The notes: a model not told the origin generated them from the letters alone. Positions 9,596 through 21,316 are shown, numbered from the stretch's first letter. The stretch is 64,000 bases of DNA from an uncultured Gammaproteobacteria bacterium (GCA_964651815.1 CAZYWG010000001.1:1189-65188), one strand, 5' to 3'. Made by a program: numbers and translations.

Positions 9596-11092
9596 ATGAA
9601 TTTATTGATACAAAAGCTTTTGTCTTTTGAATTTTATAAGAAAAACTACTTTATAGTTTCAGTTTTTTTAATTCTTGCGCTTGCCACATTTTTAAGGTTT
9701 TATAATTTTGGTAATCGTTACGCATTGGCCGGAGACCCGGCACGGGACGCAATAATCGCAAGATACGCTCTGGAAAATCATAGAATACCCGCAACCGGCC
9801 CTTTTTCTTCCGCAGGAAATTTTACAACGGGTAACATCTGGTACATCTGGCTTATTTTATCTTCTGCAATTTATCCCTTCTCAATTTTGACACCTTGGAT
9901 TGTTATGGCGGCGTCTTACGTTTTTATAGTTTTCATGATGATTTTAATTGGGTATGAACTCCTTGATAAAAAGTTTGGAATAATACTTGGACTATTGAGC
10001 GCGGTTTCTTTTGCTCAAATTAACCAAAGCCTGAATCTGGCTAACCCCTCACTTGTTGCTCTTTTTTCAACACTTGCCATATATTTTTTAATAAAGTATG
10101 TAAAAACTGGAAAAAATCTTTTTGCTTTTTTGTTTTCATTGTTTATTGCGATTGCAATTAATACTCATTTTCAGGCAATGTATCTATTAGTTTTAATTCC
10201 ACTTGCGTATATCTTTAAGCGTCCAAAACCTATATATCTTATATCCGCGGCATTTGGATTAACAATTCCTTTTATTCCTTTTGTAATTTTTGATGTGAAA
10301 AATAACTTCTATAATTTTCGCGGAATAATAGATTACCTGCAATATGGACAGTATAAAATTTATGTCGCAAACAGATGGTTTACTTATGCAGGCATTTTTT
10401 GGCCACAACTTTGGAGTAGTATTGTTGGAGGGATTCCGCTTTTAGGTTATTTTACAATATTTCTTTTAATTTTTGCGGTTTTAAAAAATGCAGTCAAAAG
10501 AAAATTAAACAAAGAAATAATTTTACTTATTCTCTCATTTGCTGTGATGTTTTTTGCTTTAAGATATTACCGTGGTGAGCGCTTTTTTGGCTACTTTGTT
10601 TTTCTCCACCCATTCATAATTACTCTTTCCGGTTTTGCTTATTACGCCGTTTTTAAAATGAACAAAATACTGGGAGTTATTTTAATCACAATACTTGTCT
10701 TAATTAGTATAAATAGAACACTTCCGTCTTTATTACAGGGACCGGGCGACGCGCAGGTAAGATCTACCGCCTGGGAAAAATTATTTTCAGAAGTTTACCC
10801 AGGGAAAAAATTTCAACTCTATAGTTACATAAGTACATCTGAAGGCATAACTTTACCTCTGGCTCTCTACTTATATAGAGATGGTAGACTTTCAGATACG
10901 GGATATAAAATTGGGTTTGGAAGCACCGACTTGAAAGAAAGACCGCATTTTAAAATGGTTAAAGATATAAAATTGGGATTTGAGATTTGGGATTTAAACA
11001 GTTCAACTTCTGCGCAATTAAGAAAATCAGATTGGCATAGCGTTAACCCAAGCGCGGTTTACAAAATTTCAGCCGACTGGTACGATAAGTAA
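9596..11092 (+). CDS. Polytopic GT-C glycosyltransferase (ArnT/PMT-like)
   Basis: LRFYN then D.ARD loop after TM1, about 11 hydrophobic segments, NP motif. Confidence 0.72.
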   Translation: MNLLIQKLLSFEFYKKNYFIVSVFLILALATFLRFYNFGNRYALAGDPARDAIIARYALENHRIPATGPFSSAGNFTTGNIWYIWLILSSAIYPFSILTPWIVMAASYVFIVFMMILIGYELLDKKFGIILGLLSAVSFAQINQSLNLANPSLVALFSTLAIYFLIKYVKTGKNLFAFLFSLFIAIAINTHFQAMYLLVLIPLAYIFKRPKPIYLISAAFGLTIPFIPFVIFDVKNNFYNFRGIIDYLQYGQYKIYVANRWFTYAGIFWPQLWSSIVGGIPLLGYFTIFLLIFAVLKNAVKRKLNKEIILLILSFAVMFFALRYYRGERFFGYFVFLHPFIITLSGFAYYAVFKMNKILGVILITILVLISINRTLPSLLQGPGDAQVRSTAWEKLFSEVYPGKKFQLYSYISTSEGITLPLALYLYRDGRLSDTGYKIGFGSTDLKERPHFKMVKDIKLGFEIWDLNSSTSAQLRKSDWHSVNPSAVYKISADWYDK

Positions 11093-11096
11093 TAAC

Positions 11097-11990
11097 CTAA
11101 GCTTTTGCAAAATATATGTTTACGTACTCCGGTGCTTCTCCATCAACGGTAGAGCTCACAATCTCAAGTATTATTGGCCAATGTGTGTTGCCGGGATATA
11201 ACACACGAGAATTTAAATGAACCCCAATATCCGCAAATGTTGTTTTACCATTTCCACCAGGTGTCGCTAATACGTGTAATATTGCATGAGTATTTCCTCT
11301 TAATGTCATTTCAGATTCCGTTTCTCCAATCCAAAGCTTTTGTGAAGAGGATTTTGGCGCTTCATTTAAATACTGTTTTATCTCTTCTCTAAAATTACGG
11401 CCCATATCACTTATCTGTATAGGTCCTTTTTGTTGATCAGAGGGAATCCATTTTCTATCTTTTGAAATCCGCATTTTTACACCTAATATGCTATTTGATC
11501 TGTTATCTCGAATAAAATCCCAGTTTTCATCAGGGCCTGGATCCCCACTGATAACAATATCCTCATTATCAAAAGCTTTTTGTAAATCTCCATTAACAAG
11601 TCTCGCACCATGATCATAATAAAGCTTAAACAAACCGCTACCCTCATCTAACCTAACGCTTCTTAAAGAATAATTGCTAACATGAGCAACTGCCTCAACC
11701 ATTCCGTCTAGTCTAATCTGTGAGTTTAACAAATCCGAAATTTGAAGACCTTGAGCATCAACTTCAAGTCCTAGTTGAGCATATCTACTTCTTGGGGACG
11801 TTTGTAACTTAGATATTGAACCTTTGGGATTATCTTTTAAAAAAGTCTGTAAAAAAGATGCAGGAATTGAAATGGGGGTAGGAATAGGTTTTTTAGTTAA
11901 AGGAGGAACTTCAAGACCCAAAGAAAGTCTAATATCAGGACTTACACCAAAATGAGCTTCAGGATTAGTTGTGAGAGTTTCTCTCGCCAT
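11097..11990 (-). CDS. Hypothetical protein
   Basis: ~297 aa ORF; likely start ATG 11990, 8 nt after TGgTAAAAT; no recognised motif. Confidence 0.6.
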   Translation of the reverse strand: MARETLTTNPEAHFGVSPDIRLSLGLEVPPLTKKPIPTPISIPASFLQTFLKDNPKGSISKLQTSPRSRYAQLGLEVDAQGLQISDLLNSQIRLDGMVEAVAHVSNYSLRSVRLDEGSGLFKLYYDHGARLVNGDLQKAFDNEDIVISGDPGPDENWDFIRDNRSNSILGVKMRISKDRKWIPSDQQKGPIQISDMGRNFREEIKQYLNEAPKSSSQKLWIGETESEMTLRGNTHAILHVLATPGGNGKTTFADIGVHLNSRVLYPGNTHWPIILEIVSSTVDGEAPEYVNIYFAKA

Positions 11991-12074
11991 GGGATGTGAT
12001 TTTACCAAAATTTGAATCTAAAATCAATAATATAGGATGATTTGAGGAGTTACAAACAGATGTTTGGAAACAGT

Positions 12075-12551
12075 TTACCAGCGGAAGTGAGAAAAGGCTT
12101 TGTTTGCTTCTGCCATACGGTGGGCTACATCTCTTTTTTTCACTGCTTCACCGGCGTTTTTAGTAGCGTCAAGAAGTTCTGCTGCAAGCTTGTCTGCCAT
12201 TGTCTTGTATTCTGAAGTCGGACGTTTTTTTGCGGCTTCCAGTAACCAGCGAATTGCAAGAGCAGTTTTTCTTGCGCCGCGGACTTCCTGAGGGACTTGA
12301 TATGCAGCGCCTCCAATACGTCTTGCTTTTACTTCTGTCTTTGGTCCAACTGACTCTATTGCTGACTCAAACAATTTAACAGGATCTCCCTCTTTTTTAA
12401 GTATCTCTAATGCATTATAAACAACTCTTTGTGCAACTGTCTTTTTACCGTCACGCATTAGTCGGTTTGTAAACATTGTTATAAGTACACTCCCGTAAAC
12501 CGGGTCACCCTGAATATTTCTTTTTTTATAACTTGCTCCACCTCTTGCCAT
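12075..12551 (-). CDS. rpsG: 30S ribosomal protein S7
   Basis: DGKKTVA, RRIGGAAYQVP, HRMAEANKAFSHFRW. Confidence 0.98.
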   Translation of the reverse strand: MARGGASYKKRNIQGDPVYGSVLITMFTNRLMRDGKKTVAQRVVYNALEILKKEGDPVKLFESAIESVGPKTEVKARRIGGAAYQVPQEVRGARKTALAIRWLLEAAKKRPTSEYKTMADKLAAELLDATKNAGEAVKKRDVAHRMAEANKAFSHFRW

Positions 12552-12557
12552 AATTTT

Positions 12558-12977
12558 TTAAGCTTGTGCTTCCGGTCTTTTTGTACCGTATTTACTCCTT
12601 GATGAGCGTCTTCCTTCTACTCCAGCTAGATCAAATTTACCCCTAACCAAATGGTATTTTACTCCTGGTAAATCTTTTACGCGGCCGCCGCGGACCAAAA
12701 CTATTCCGTGCTCAGCCAAGTTGTGGCCAATTCCCTGAATGTATGCCGTAACCTCTTCTCTATTAGAAAGTTTCACACGGGCAACTTTTCGGAGTGCTGA
12801 GTTAGGTTTTCTTGGAGTCATGGTACGCACTAGAGTTACAACTCCCCGCTTTTGAGGTGACGGGACTGTTGTGTATTTTCTTTCTTTTGCGTTAAAGACA
12901 GTTCGAAGACCGGTTACTTTAACCTTTTTAAATTTTTTGGTTCTTCCTTTTCTTATTAATTGATTTAATGTCGGCAT
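12558..12977 (-). CDS. rpsL: 30S ribosomal protein S12
   Basis: [28 protein letters not shown]. Confidence 0.98.
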   Translation of the reverse strand: MPTLNQLIRKGRTKKFKKVKVTGLRTVFNAKERKYTTVPSPQKRGVVTLVRTMTPRKPNSALRKVARVKLSNREEVTAYIQGIGHNLAEHGIVLVRGGRVKDLPGVKYHLVRGKFDLAGVEGRRSSRSKYGTKRPEAQA

Positions 12978-13017
12978 GGATTGTTATTTTACAATATTCG
13001 AAGCTGAAATACTAGTG

Positions 13018-16000
13018 TTATGAAGTGGCTGTTGGCTCAGGAGTATTCTGCTCTACAACACTGGCTTCAATAAATTCTTCTCTGACTGGAATAAGACGTC
13101 CAACAATGACATTTTCTTTAAGCCCGATAAGATTATCAACCCGTCCTTCAAGTGCAGCATCAGTTAACACCTGGGTTGTTTCCTGGAAAGATGAAGCTGA
13201 AAGCCAAGAATCTGTGACAAGTGAAGCTTTTGTTATTCCAAGAATTATCTCGCGTGCTGATGATGGTTCTCCGCCCTCAGAAATAATATTTGAGTTTTCT
13301 TCTTCAAATCTTAGTTTAGAAACTAGATCTCCAGGCATAAGATTTGTGTCGCCCGGTGTTTCAATCATTACTTTGTCAGACATTTTGCGGACAATTGTTT
13401 CAAAATGCTTATAATTAATTGCAATTCCTTGAGACTCATAAACACTTTGTATTTGGGCAATAAGATATTGTTGCGCCGCGCGAAGCCCTGAAATCTTCAG
13501 TACATCACGAGGATCAAGATAACCTTCACAAAGTTGCGTTCCTGCGTCAACAGTGGCACCTTCCTCAACAAGTACGGTAGAAGTCAAAGGAACAAAATAT
13601 TCACGTTCTTCAACCGGTTTAACTCGGGTATTTCTTACGCGAATTATATATCCGTCCTCTACTTTATTAATTTGAATCTTTCCGGCAATCTCGGCAATTG
13701 GAGCCAAAACTTTTGGGCGGCGTACTTCAAACAATTCTTCAACACGCGGCAATCCTTGTGTAACGTCAGACATAACAACTCCTCCAAAGTGACGAACACG
13801 CATGGTAAGCTGGGTTCCAGGCTCTCCAATTGATTGAGCAGCAATAACTCCAACCGGGGTTCCCATATCTGCACGGTTGTATGATGATAGATCCCAACCA
13901 TAACACGCGGCACAAAGTCCGTATCTGAGACGGCAGAAAAGTGGAGAACGAACAGTAATCTCTGTAATTGTTTCGTCTTTTAAAATTGCTGCAAGCGCTT
14001 CGTAATTAATTTCAGTCCCTTTTGAAACCCGAGTTTTTTTATCTTTTTTGCTCACAATATCTTTCATAACAACACGACCAAGAAGCATGCTTGTCATGTA
14101 AGACTCGTTATCGCGGCGAGTCATGTCAACCATTATTCCTTCTGAAATACCACAGTCTCCTTGGCGAATTATGACGTCGTGGGCTACATCTACCAAACGG
14201 CGGGTAAGATATCCGGCATCAGCAGTTTTTAGAGCAGAGTCAGTCAAACCTTTACGTGAACCGCGGGCAGAGTTAACGTATTCAAAAATTGAAAGTCCTT
14301 CGCGGAAATTTGATTTAATAGGAAGTTCAACAATTCGTCCGAGCGGGTCAAAAATAAGTCCACGCATAGCTGCCAACTGTTTAATTTGATCTTTTCCGGC
14401 CCTCGCTCCTCCTGATTCGGCAATAATTCTGACGATATCATTTTTGTCGAATAATTCCCAAGTAAGATTTGCCATTTTCTCAGTTGCTTCAAGCCACACG
14501 TTATTTGAAAGTCTTCTTTGCTCTGCATGTGTGATAAGACCGTTTTGATATTCTTGCTCAATTTCCTTGATTTTGTCTTCCGCTTCATTAACTAAAGTGT
14601 CTTTGTTTGGAAGGCGTTTCAAATCAAATGTTGATACGGAAATTCCTGAAACTGTTGCTGCATAAAACCCTATTTCTTTAAGATTATCAATTAAAGCTGC
14701 GACTTCCTCTTCATTTGCTATAACCATAGCTCGTGTAACAATATCTTTTATAGTGGACGCCTTTACTTCATGATTTATAAATCTAAGTGCTTCTGGTAAT
14801 CTCTCATTGAATATAATTCTTCCAATTGTTGTATCCATGATTTTTCCATCAATTCTCACTTTTATAGGTTCGCGGAGTTGAATGTGTTTTAGAGAGAAAG
14901 CAAGATGAGCTTCTTTTGCATCAGAAAAAACAGTTGGATTTTCGCGTTTTATTCTTTCATCAACTGAAGTAAGATAAAAGGCTCCAAGCGCCATTTCCTT
15001 ATTTGGGAGTGTGATTGGAGCACCATCTGCCGGCTTCAATAAATTATGTTGCGGCATCATTAAGCGTGTTGCTTCTTCTTGTGCGCGAGCCGACAAAGGG
15101 ACATGAATTGCCATTTGGTCTCCATCAAAATCAGCGTTATAACCGGCACAAACGCAAGGGTGAATTTTAATAGCCGATCCTTCAACTAAAACAGGATAGA
15201 ATGCCTGGATACCAAGCTTGTGTAAAGTTGGTGCTCGGTTAAGAAGCACAGGGTGGTTTCTGGTTATTTCTTCTAAAATATCAAAAATCTCAGGAGATCT
15301 TCTTTCTATAAATCTTTTAGCGGCTTTTACGTTGGGAGTAGTAAGACCACGCGAAATAACCTCACGAATTACAAAGGGTTTGAAAAGTTCTAATGCCATT
15401 TCTTTTGGAAGTCCACATTGGTTAAGAGTTAATTCCGGTCCAACGATAATAACTGAACGTCCGGAATAATCAACTCGTTTTCCAAGTAAGTTCTTACGGA
15501 ACCTACCTTGTTTTCCGCGCAAAATATCCGAGAGTGACTTAAATTGTTTTTGGGTTTGTGAAGTTCTAATAGATGTATCAATAAGGTAATCAACAGACTC
15601 CTGCAACATTCTTTTTTCATTTCTAAGAATAATTTCCGGTGCACCTAGAGAAATTAAATGTTTCAAGCGGTTGTTTCTGTTAATTACGCGGCGGTATAAG
15701 TCATTTAAGTCACTGGTTGCAAAACGTCCACCATTAAGTTGAACCATTGGGCGAAGATCCGGTGGTAAAACCGGCAATACCTGCAACACAAGAGAAGACG
15801 GTTTAAATCCTGCTTTAATAACTGATTCAATTAAATGTTGGCGTTTCAATAATTTTAATTGTTTTTGCCCTGAAGATTTCTGTACCTCTTCACGAAGATC
15901 CCCAATAAGTTTGGTTAAATCAATCGATTCAATAGCATGAAGAATTGCAGAAGCGCCAGTCTCAACCTCAAAAAAGATTGGTACATCATATTCAATTAAA

Positions 16001-16785
16001 CGGACGTATTCTTCTTCTGATAATACATCCCAAAGCTTGAGACCCTTGATTATATCCCCGACTCTTGTAAAAATTTCTTCAGTTCTTGCAACTTCTGTTT
16101 CTACTCTTTTCTCAAGTGCCATTTTCTTTTGGCGAAAAGCCACATCCGTCTCTTCAAGTACTAATGTTTGTTTTTCTTGTTTTAGAGTCCCTTTTACTTC
16201 TTTTACTTTTGATTTTTCATCAGTTTCAAGAGTATCCTTTTCTTCTTGTGCTTGTTTTTTGAGTTTTGAAATTCTTTCTTCTTTTATATTGTTAAGTGTT
16301 TTTTGTGCATCTTTTCTTTTATCCTCATCAATTTTTGTAACAAGGTATGAAGCAAAATAGATAACCGATTCCAAATCTTTTTGGCCAATATCAAGAAGGA
16401 CCGAAAGTTTTGATGGGCTACCTTTTGAAAACCATATATGAACAACAGGAGACGCAAGACCAATATGACCCATTCTTTCGCGTCTCACCCGAGAGTATGT
16501 AACTTCAACTCCACATCTATCACAAACTATTCCTTTGTATCTGATCCTTTTGTATTTTCCACAATAACATTCAAAATCGCGCGTAGGACCAAAAATTCTT
16601 TCATCAAATAATCCGTCTTTCTCCGGCCTGTAAGTACGGTAGTTAATTGTTTCGGGTTTTGTAACCTCACCATATGAATATGCCCTAATATCAGCAGGTT
16701 CTGCCACAAGAACCTTAAGACCTTTGAAGTCTGAAATATTAATAGCGTCAAATTTTTTCTCTTGTTTGTTTCTTTTAGGTTCCAT
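13018..16785 (-). CDS. rpoC: RNA polymerase beta' subunit
   Basis: Zn finger [28 protein letters not shown]; likely start ATG 16785. Confidence 0.99.
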   Translation of the reverse strand: MEPKRNKQEKKFDAINISDFKGLKVLVAEPADIRAYSYGEVTKPETINYRTYRPEKDGLFDERIFGPTRDFECYCGKYKRIRYKGIVCDRCGVEVTYSRVRRERMGHIGLASPVVHIWFSKGSPSKLSVLLDIGQKDLESVIYFASYLVTKIDEDKRKDAQKTLNNIKEERISKLKKQAQEEKDTLETDEKSKVKEVKGTLKQEKQTLVLEETDVAFRQKKMALEKRVETEVARTEEIFTRVGDIIKGLKLWDVLSEEEYVRLIEYDVPIFFEVETGASAILHAIESIDLTKLIGDLREEVQKSSGQKQLKLLKRQHLIESVIKAGFKPSSLVLQVLPVLPPDLRPMVQLNGGRFATSDLNDLYRRVINRNNRLKHLISLGAPEIILRNEKRMLQESVDYLIDTSIRTSQTQKQFKSLSDILRGKQGRFRKNLLGKRVDYSGRSVIIVGPELTLNQCGLPKEMALELFKPFVIREVISRGLTTPNVKAAKRFIERRSPEIFDILEEITRNHPVLLNRAPTLHKLGIQAFYPVLVEGSAIKIHPCVCAGYNADFDGDQMAIHVPLSARAQEEATRLMMPQHNLLKPADGAPITLPNKEMALGAFYLTSVDERIKRENPTVFSDAKEAHLAFSLKHIQLREPIKVRIDGKIMDTTIGRIIFNERLPEALRFINHEVKASTIKDIVTRAMVIANEEEVAALIDNLKEIGFYAATVSGISVSTFDLKRLPNKDTLVNEAEDKIKEIEQEYQNGLITHAEQRRLSNNVWLEATEKMANLTWELFDKNDIVRIIAESGGARAGKDQIKQLAAMRGLIFDPLGRIVELPIKSNFREGLSIFEYVNSARGSRKGLTDSALKTADAGYLTRRLVDVAHDVIIRQGDCGISEGIMVDMTRRDNESYMTSMLLGRVVMKDIVSKKDKKTRVSKGTEINYEALAAILKDETITEITVRSPLFCRLRYGLCAACYGWDLSSYNRADMGTPVGVIAAQSIGEPGTQLTMRVRHFGGVVMSDVTQGLPRVEELFEVRRPKVLAPIAEIAGKIQINKVEDGYIIRVRNTRVKPVEEREYFVPLTSTVLVEEGATVDAGTQLCEGYLDPRDVLKISGLRAAQQYLIAQIQSVYESQGIAINYKHFETIVRKMSDKVMIETPGDTNLMPGDLVSKLRFEEENSNIISEGGEPSSAREIILGITKASLVTDSWLSASSFQETTQVLTDAALEGRVDNLIGLKENVIVGRLIPVREEFIEASVVEQNTPEPTATS

Positions 16786-16789
16786 ATTT

Positions 16790-19700
16790 TTAGCTAGTCT
16801 TCCCTTCCGGCTCAGGCTGAACTTCACTTGTTGCTATTTCTTCTCCGCCAAGTGATTCTGCTTCTTTTTCGTCAGTTACTTCCACGCCTTCCAAACCTTC
16901 TTTTAATTCCTTCGCTTCTTCGCGTACCTCTTCTTGAGTATCTGATGTATCTTCTTTGTCGTCAGCAACAACTGCCTGCATTGGAATAATATTTAGTGAT
17001 AAAGATTGTAATTCTCGTATCAAAACTTTAAATGATTCAGGTACACGGGGTGTTGGAATATCAACGCTTTTAATTATTGCCTCAAATGCCTTCGCGCGTC
17101 CCGATACATCATCCGATTTAATTGTCAACATTTCCTGCAAAGTGTACGCTGCCCTATGCGCTTCAAGCGCCCAAACTTCCATTTCTCCAAGTCTTTGTCC
17201 TCCCATTTGAGCTTTTCCACCCAGTGGCTGTTGAGTAACAAGTGAATATGGTCCTGTAGACCTTGCGTGCGCCTTGTCTTCAACCATGTGGATAAGCTTC
17301 ATGATGTATCCAATTCCTACAACTACATCATTTTCATAAGGTTCACCGGTTCTCGAATCAAAAAGTTTCATCTTACCGTTGACAGGCATTCCTGCTTCTT
17401 TCAAAAGATCTATATACTTTTCTTCATCCATCTTTTCAAATACCGGCAAAGAGATTCTAAGATTAAGTTTCTGTGCTGCAAGTCCAAGATGGGCTTCGAG
17501 AAGCTGACCAAGATTCATACGTCCCAAAACTGAAATTGGAGAAATGATAATATCAACCGGCGATCCATCTTCAAGATATGGCATGTCACAATCCGGAACT
17601 ATTTTTGAAATAACACCTTTATTTCCGTGGCGACCTGCGAGCTTATCTCCCACAACAACGTGTCTCATTTGTGCAACCTCTATCTGAATTTTTCTGATTG
17701 TACCAGGTTCAAGTTCATCACCTTTTGCGCGGTCCAATATTTGTACATTTGTAATAATTCCGTGTTCGCCGTGGGGCATGCGGAGTGAAGTATCCCTAAC
17801 TTCACGTGCTTTCTCACCAAAAATTGCACGGAGAAGTCTTTCTTCTGCTGTTAATTCCGTTTCTCCTTTTGGAGCTATTTTACCTACTAAAATGTCTCCC
17901 GGCTTAACTTCTGATCCTACTACAACAATTCCGTCATCATCTAAGTTTGCCAAATCTTCCTCAGCAACGTTTGGGATATCACGAGTCGTCTCTTCTGGCC
18001 CAAGCTTTGTATCAACAACGGTTGCTTCATATTTTTCAATATGGACGGAAGTAAGCGAATCATCACGCACTAAACGGTCTGAAATAACAATTGCGTCTTC
18101 ATATCCTAGCCCGTCAAACGACGCGTATGCTATAACAAGATTTTTCCCGAGTGCCAGTTCTCCATTTTCCGACGCTGGCCCATCAATTAAAACGTCTCCT
18201 TTTTTAACTTTTTGTCCTGCATAAACAACCGGCTTTTGGTTGAAGAAAGTGTTTTGGGCGGTTCTTTTGAATTTATCTATTTTGAATGTCTCTTCTTTTG
18301 ACCCGTCTTTAAGGATTACACGATTGGCGTCAACAAAAGAAACAGTTCCGTCATATGGCGCTATTTTTACCCTACCCATGGCATATGAAACCATTGATTC
18401 CATGCCAGTCCCAATAATTGGGCTTTCATTTTTGACAAGAGGTACTGCTTGGCACTGCATGTGAGTACCCATGAGAGCACGGTTTGCTTCATCATGGTCA
18501 ATAAATGGAATTAAAGCAGCCGATGTCCCTACAACTTGTCTTGGAATGACATCAATAAATTCAATTTTTTCTTTTTCAACCTCAAGATATTCACCGTTGA
18601 AACGGGCCGGGACCAGATCATCAACAATGTATCCATCATTATCTACTTTAATATCAGCATGGGTTATGTAATGTTCCATCTCAGTCTCTGCGTCCATGTA
18701 AACAATTTTAGTTGAGACTTTAAGCCTTGATTTTGACCCTTTTTTCTCAGTCTCAACAACTTTGTATGGCGCTTCAAGAAAACCATAATCATTAACACGG
18801 GCGTAAAGCGCTAAATATGTAACGAGACCTATATTTGGTCCTTCTGGCGAACGGACTGGGCAAATTCTTGAATATTGAGATGAATTTATGTCACGGATTG
18901 AAAATGAAGCACGTTCACGGGAAATTCCACCTGTTCCCATAACAGTTAAGCGACGAATATTATCAATTTCAGATAAAGGATTTGTCTGGTCTAAAATTGC
19001 TGAAAGCTGTGAAGTTCTGAAAAATTCGTTGATTGCTGCAATTATTGGGTGCGCATTTATGAAATGAGATGGAGAAAATTGCTCTTCTGTTGAGGCCAAA
19101 GACATTTTTTCTTTAATTATACGTTCGAGACGGAGTGCTCCAACACGAAAAGCGGTTGTTTGAACAAGCTCACCAACGGAACGAATGCGGCGGTTTGCCA
19201 AGTGGTCAATATCATCAATCTTCCCTTTTCCATGAGCCAATTGAAGAAGATAAGAAACTATTCCAATTACGTCATCAATTGTCAATGTTAACGCTTCTTG
19301 TGCAGAAAAATTTGAAAGTCCTGCAAGCTTCTTATTAACTTTGTAACGGCCGACGCGTGAAAGATCATAGCGCCTTCTGTCGAAGAAAGAATCGCGGAAA
19401 TTTTGTCTGATTGTGTCAATAACAACCGGTTCTCCCGGGTTCATTTTCTTAAAGATTTCGATTAATGCATCCGTTCCGCCTTTTGCGTCATCTTTTTCAA
19501 GAGTATTTTTTATATAAGTATCTGCTCCTTCAACGCCTTTAAATCTCTCATAAATTTCATCATTTGTTTCAATACCAAGTGCTTTTAGAAATACTGATGC
19601 TAAGAATTTTTTGCGGCGGTCGATCCTTACCACAACCATATCTGTTCTTGTAGTTGAAAATTCAAGCCATGAACCGTGTACCGGCCTCATTTCTGCAGTG

Positions 19701-20164
19701 TAAAGTGTTTTCCCTGTAATTTGGTCTTCTGTTGCGGTAAAGAAGACTCCCGGAGATCTGACAATTTGGCTAACAATTACCCTTTCTATTCCATTGACAA
19801 TAAATGTCCCCCGGTCTGTCATTTTTGGGACTTCACCCAAGAATACGTTTTGTTTAATATTTTTGCCGGTTTTTTTGTTAACGAGAGTTGCTTCAACTGT
19901 CAGAGGTGAAAAAAAAGTAAGGCCTTTTGCTAGTGCAATTGCTTCTGTAATTTTGGGGTCTCCTAGTTTGTAGTTTCCGAGCGCCAATTCCCAGTTTTTG
20001 CCCGTAAAATCTTCTATTGGGGAAATTTCTTCAATTACTTCTCTAATACCTTCTTCAATAAACCATTTATACGACGCCTTCTGGATTGAAAGGAGATCTA
20101 ACTCAGGTAAGGTTTTTTCTTGCTTACCCCAATATTGTCTTGTACTGCCTAGTTGTTTTGCCAT
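16790..20164 (-). CDS. rpoB: RNA polymerase beta subunit
   Basis: GDKLAGRHGNKG, GGQRLGEMEVWALEA. Confidence 0.99.
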   Translation of the reverse strand: MAKQLGSTRQYWGKQEKTLPELDLLSIQKASYKWFIEEGIREVIEEISPIEDFTGKNWELALGNYKLGDPKITEAIALAKGLTFFSPLTVEATLVNKKTGKNIKQNVFLGEVPKMTDRGTFIVNGIERVIVSQIVRSPGVFFTATEDQITGKTLYTAEMRPVHGSWLEFSTTRTDMVVVRIDRRKKFLASVFLKALGIETNDEIYERFKGVEGADTYIKNTLEKDDAKGGTDALIEIFKKMNPGEPVVIDTIRQNFRDSFFDRRRYDLSRVGRYKVNKKLAGLSNFSAQEALTLTIDDVIGIVSYLLQLAHGKGKIDDIDHLANRRIRSVGELVQTTAFRVGALRLERIIKEKMSLASTEEQFSPSHFINAHPIIAAINEFFRTSQLSAILDQTNPLSEIDNIRRLTVMGTGGISRERASFSIRDINSSQYSRICPVRSPEGPNIGLVTYLALYARVNDYGFLEAPYKVVETEKKGSKSRLKVSTKIVYMDAETEMEHYITHADIKVDNDGYIVDDLVPARFNGEYLEVEKEKIEFIDVIPRQVVGTSAALIPFIDHDEANRALMGTHMQCQAVPLVKNESPIIGTGMESMVSYAMGRVKIAPYDGTVSFVDANRVILKDGSKEETFKIDKFKRTAQNTFFNQKPVVYAGQKVKKGDVLIDGPASENGELALGKNLVIAYASFDGLGYEDAIVISDRLVRDDSLTSVHIEKYEATVVDTKLGPEETTRDIPNVAEEDLANLDDDGIVVVGSEVKPGDILVGKIAPKGETELTAEERLLRAIFGEKAREVRDTSLRMPHGEHGIITNVQILDRAKGDELEPGTIRKIQIEVAQMRHVVVGDKLAGRHGNKGVISKIVPDCDMPYLEDGSPVDIIISPISVLGRMNLGQLLEAHLGLAAQKLNLRISLPVFEKMDEEKYIDLLKEAGMPVNGKMKLFDSRTGEPYENDVVVGIGYIMKLIHMVEDKAHARSTGPYSLVTQQPLGGKAQMGGQRLGEMEVWALEAHRAAYTLQEMLTIKSDDVSGRAKAFEAIIKSVDIPTPRVPESFKVLIRELQSLSLNIIPMQAVVADDKEDTSDTQEEVREEAKELKEGLEGVEVTDEKEAESLGGEEIATSEVQPEPEGKTS

Positions 20165-20201
20165 CAGAAATAAATTCTAGAAGAAACGCACTTAATAAAA
20201 C

Positions 20202-20278
20202 AAAAAAATAGGAAGGAAGCCAAACTTCCCCCTTTTTTCGGTAGGCTTATTTATATATGAAAGCCAGTGGTTTGTCAA
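20202..20278 (-). promoter_or_regulatory. sigma70 promoter and leader hairpin of rpoBC
   Basis: TTGACA-17-TATAAA (20278-20250), then GGGGAAG..CTTCCTTCC hairpin plus T-run. Confidence 0.65.
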
Positions 20279-20302
20279 GCACCAGATTCCAACAAGCAAA
20301 AT

Positions 20303-21256
20303 TTATAGATATTTTTGAATGTCTGCGGCGTGCTCTTCTGCTGTTTTCTCCGGATGAATTTTACCCGTTTTGTCAGATATATAATATAGGTAGTCTGAGC
20401 TCGTGGGGTTAAGAGCTGCCTGGATTGCTACAACTCCTGGGTTTGAAATTGGGGTAGGCGGAAGTCCTGGGTTTTGATATGTATTATAAAGTGAAGCAAT
20501 TTTTAGATCGTCGAATGTTAGTTCTTCCTTCCACCATTTACCCGTATCTTTTTGATAGCCAAGAGCATAAGCAACAGATGGATCAACGTCAAGCTTCATC
20601 CCAAGACCCAACCTATTATAGATAACTGACGCGACTATTGGGAAGTCCGGAGCGAACTTTGCTTCTTTTTCAATGATTGATGCAATAATTACAGCATTTG
20701 TAAACTTTGCACCAGTTTCTGGAATTCCGGCTTGCTTCATACGATTATCAAAATTATTTTTCATGAGTGTAATTATTTGTTCAGCTGTTGCGTCGCGGGG
20801 GATTAGATAAGTATCCGGGAAAAGATAACCTTCCTGTTCAACAAGCTGTGACCTCCATGAATCTTTATAAGACGGTAAATTTTTCTGAAAAATGTCCGCA
20901 ATTTCTTCAGCCCTCAAACCTTCCGGAACAGTCACCCAAATATCAAGAGTGCCGTGATTTAACGTTTCTACCACTTTTGAAAGACTCATAGCTGGCGATA
21001 GACGATAATCCCCGGCTTGAATATTTTTATCTTGATTATTTAACTTTACAAAGACAAAGAAAATAACTGGGTCGCGAATTAGACCTTGTGTTTTAAGCGA
21101 ATTACCTATTTCGCGTACTGGTTCACCTTTGTTTATTACAAATATTTTTTGGGAGTGGTCTTGTGAATTAACTGAACCATTACCTATAAACCAATAGAAA
21201 AAGGCCGCAACTGCAAGAATTGCGATGATTATGATTGCAATAAGAGCTCGCTTCAT
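20303..21256 (-). CDS. mltG: Endolytic transglycosylase MltG
   Basis: N-terminal TM, IQAGDY, EGYLFPDTY, ASIIEKEA, YNTY..PGLPPTPISNPG. Confidence 0.95.
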   Translation of the reverse strand: MKRALIAIIIIAILAVAAFFYWFIGNGSVNSQDHSQKIFVINKGEPVREIGNSLKTQGLIRDPVIFFVFVKLNNQDKNIQAGDYRLSPAMSLSKVVETLNHGTLDIWVTVPEGLRAEEIADIFQKNLPSYKDSWRSQLVEQEGYLFPDTYLIPRDATAEQIITLMKNNFDNRMKQAGIPETGAKFTNAVIIASIIEKEAKFAPDFPIVASVIYNRLGLGMKLDVDPSVAYALGYQKDTGKWWKEELTFDDLKIASLYNTYQNPGLPPTPISNPGVVAIQAALNPTSSDYLYYISDKTGKIHPEKTAEEHAADIQKYL

Positions 21257-21316
21257 AAACTAAATGCTATTTTATATAGAAAATCTTTCGGAGTCAATCG
21301 ATGGGGGAATGGACAA

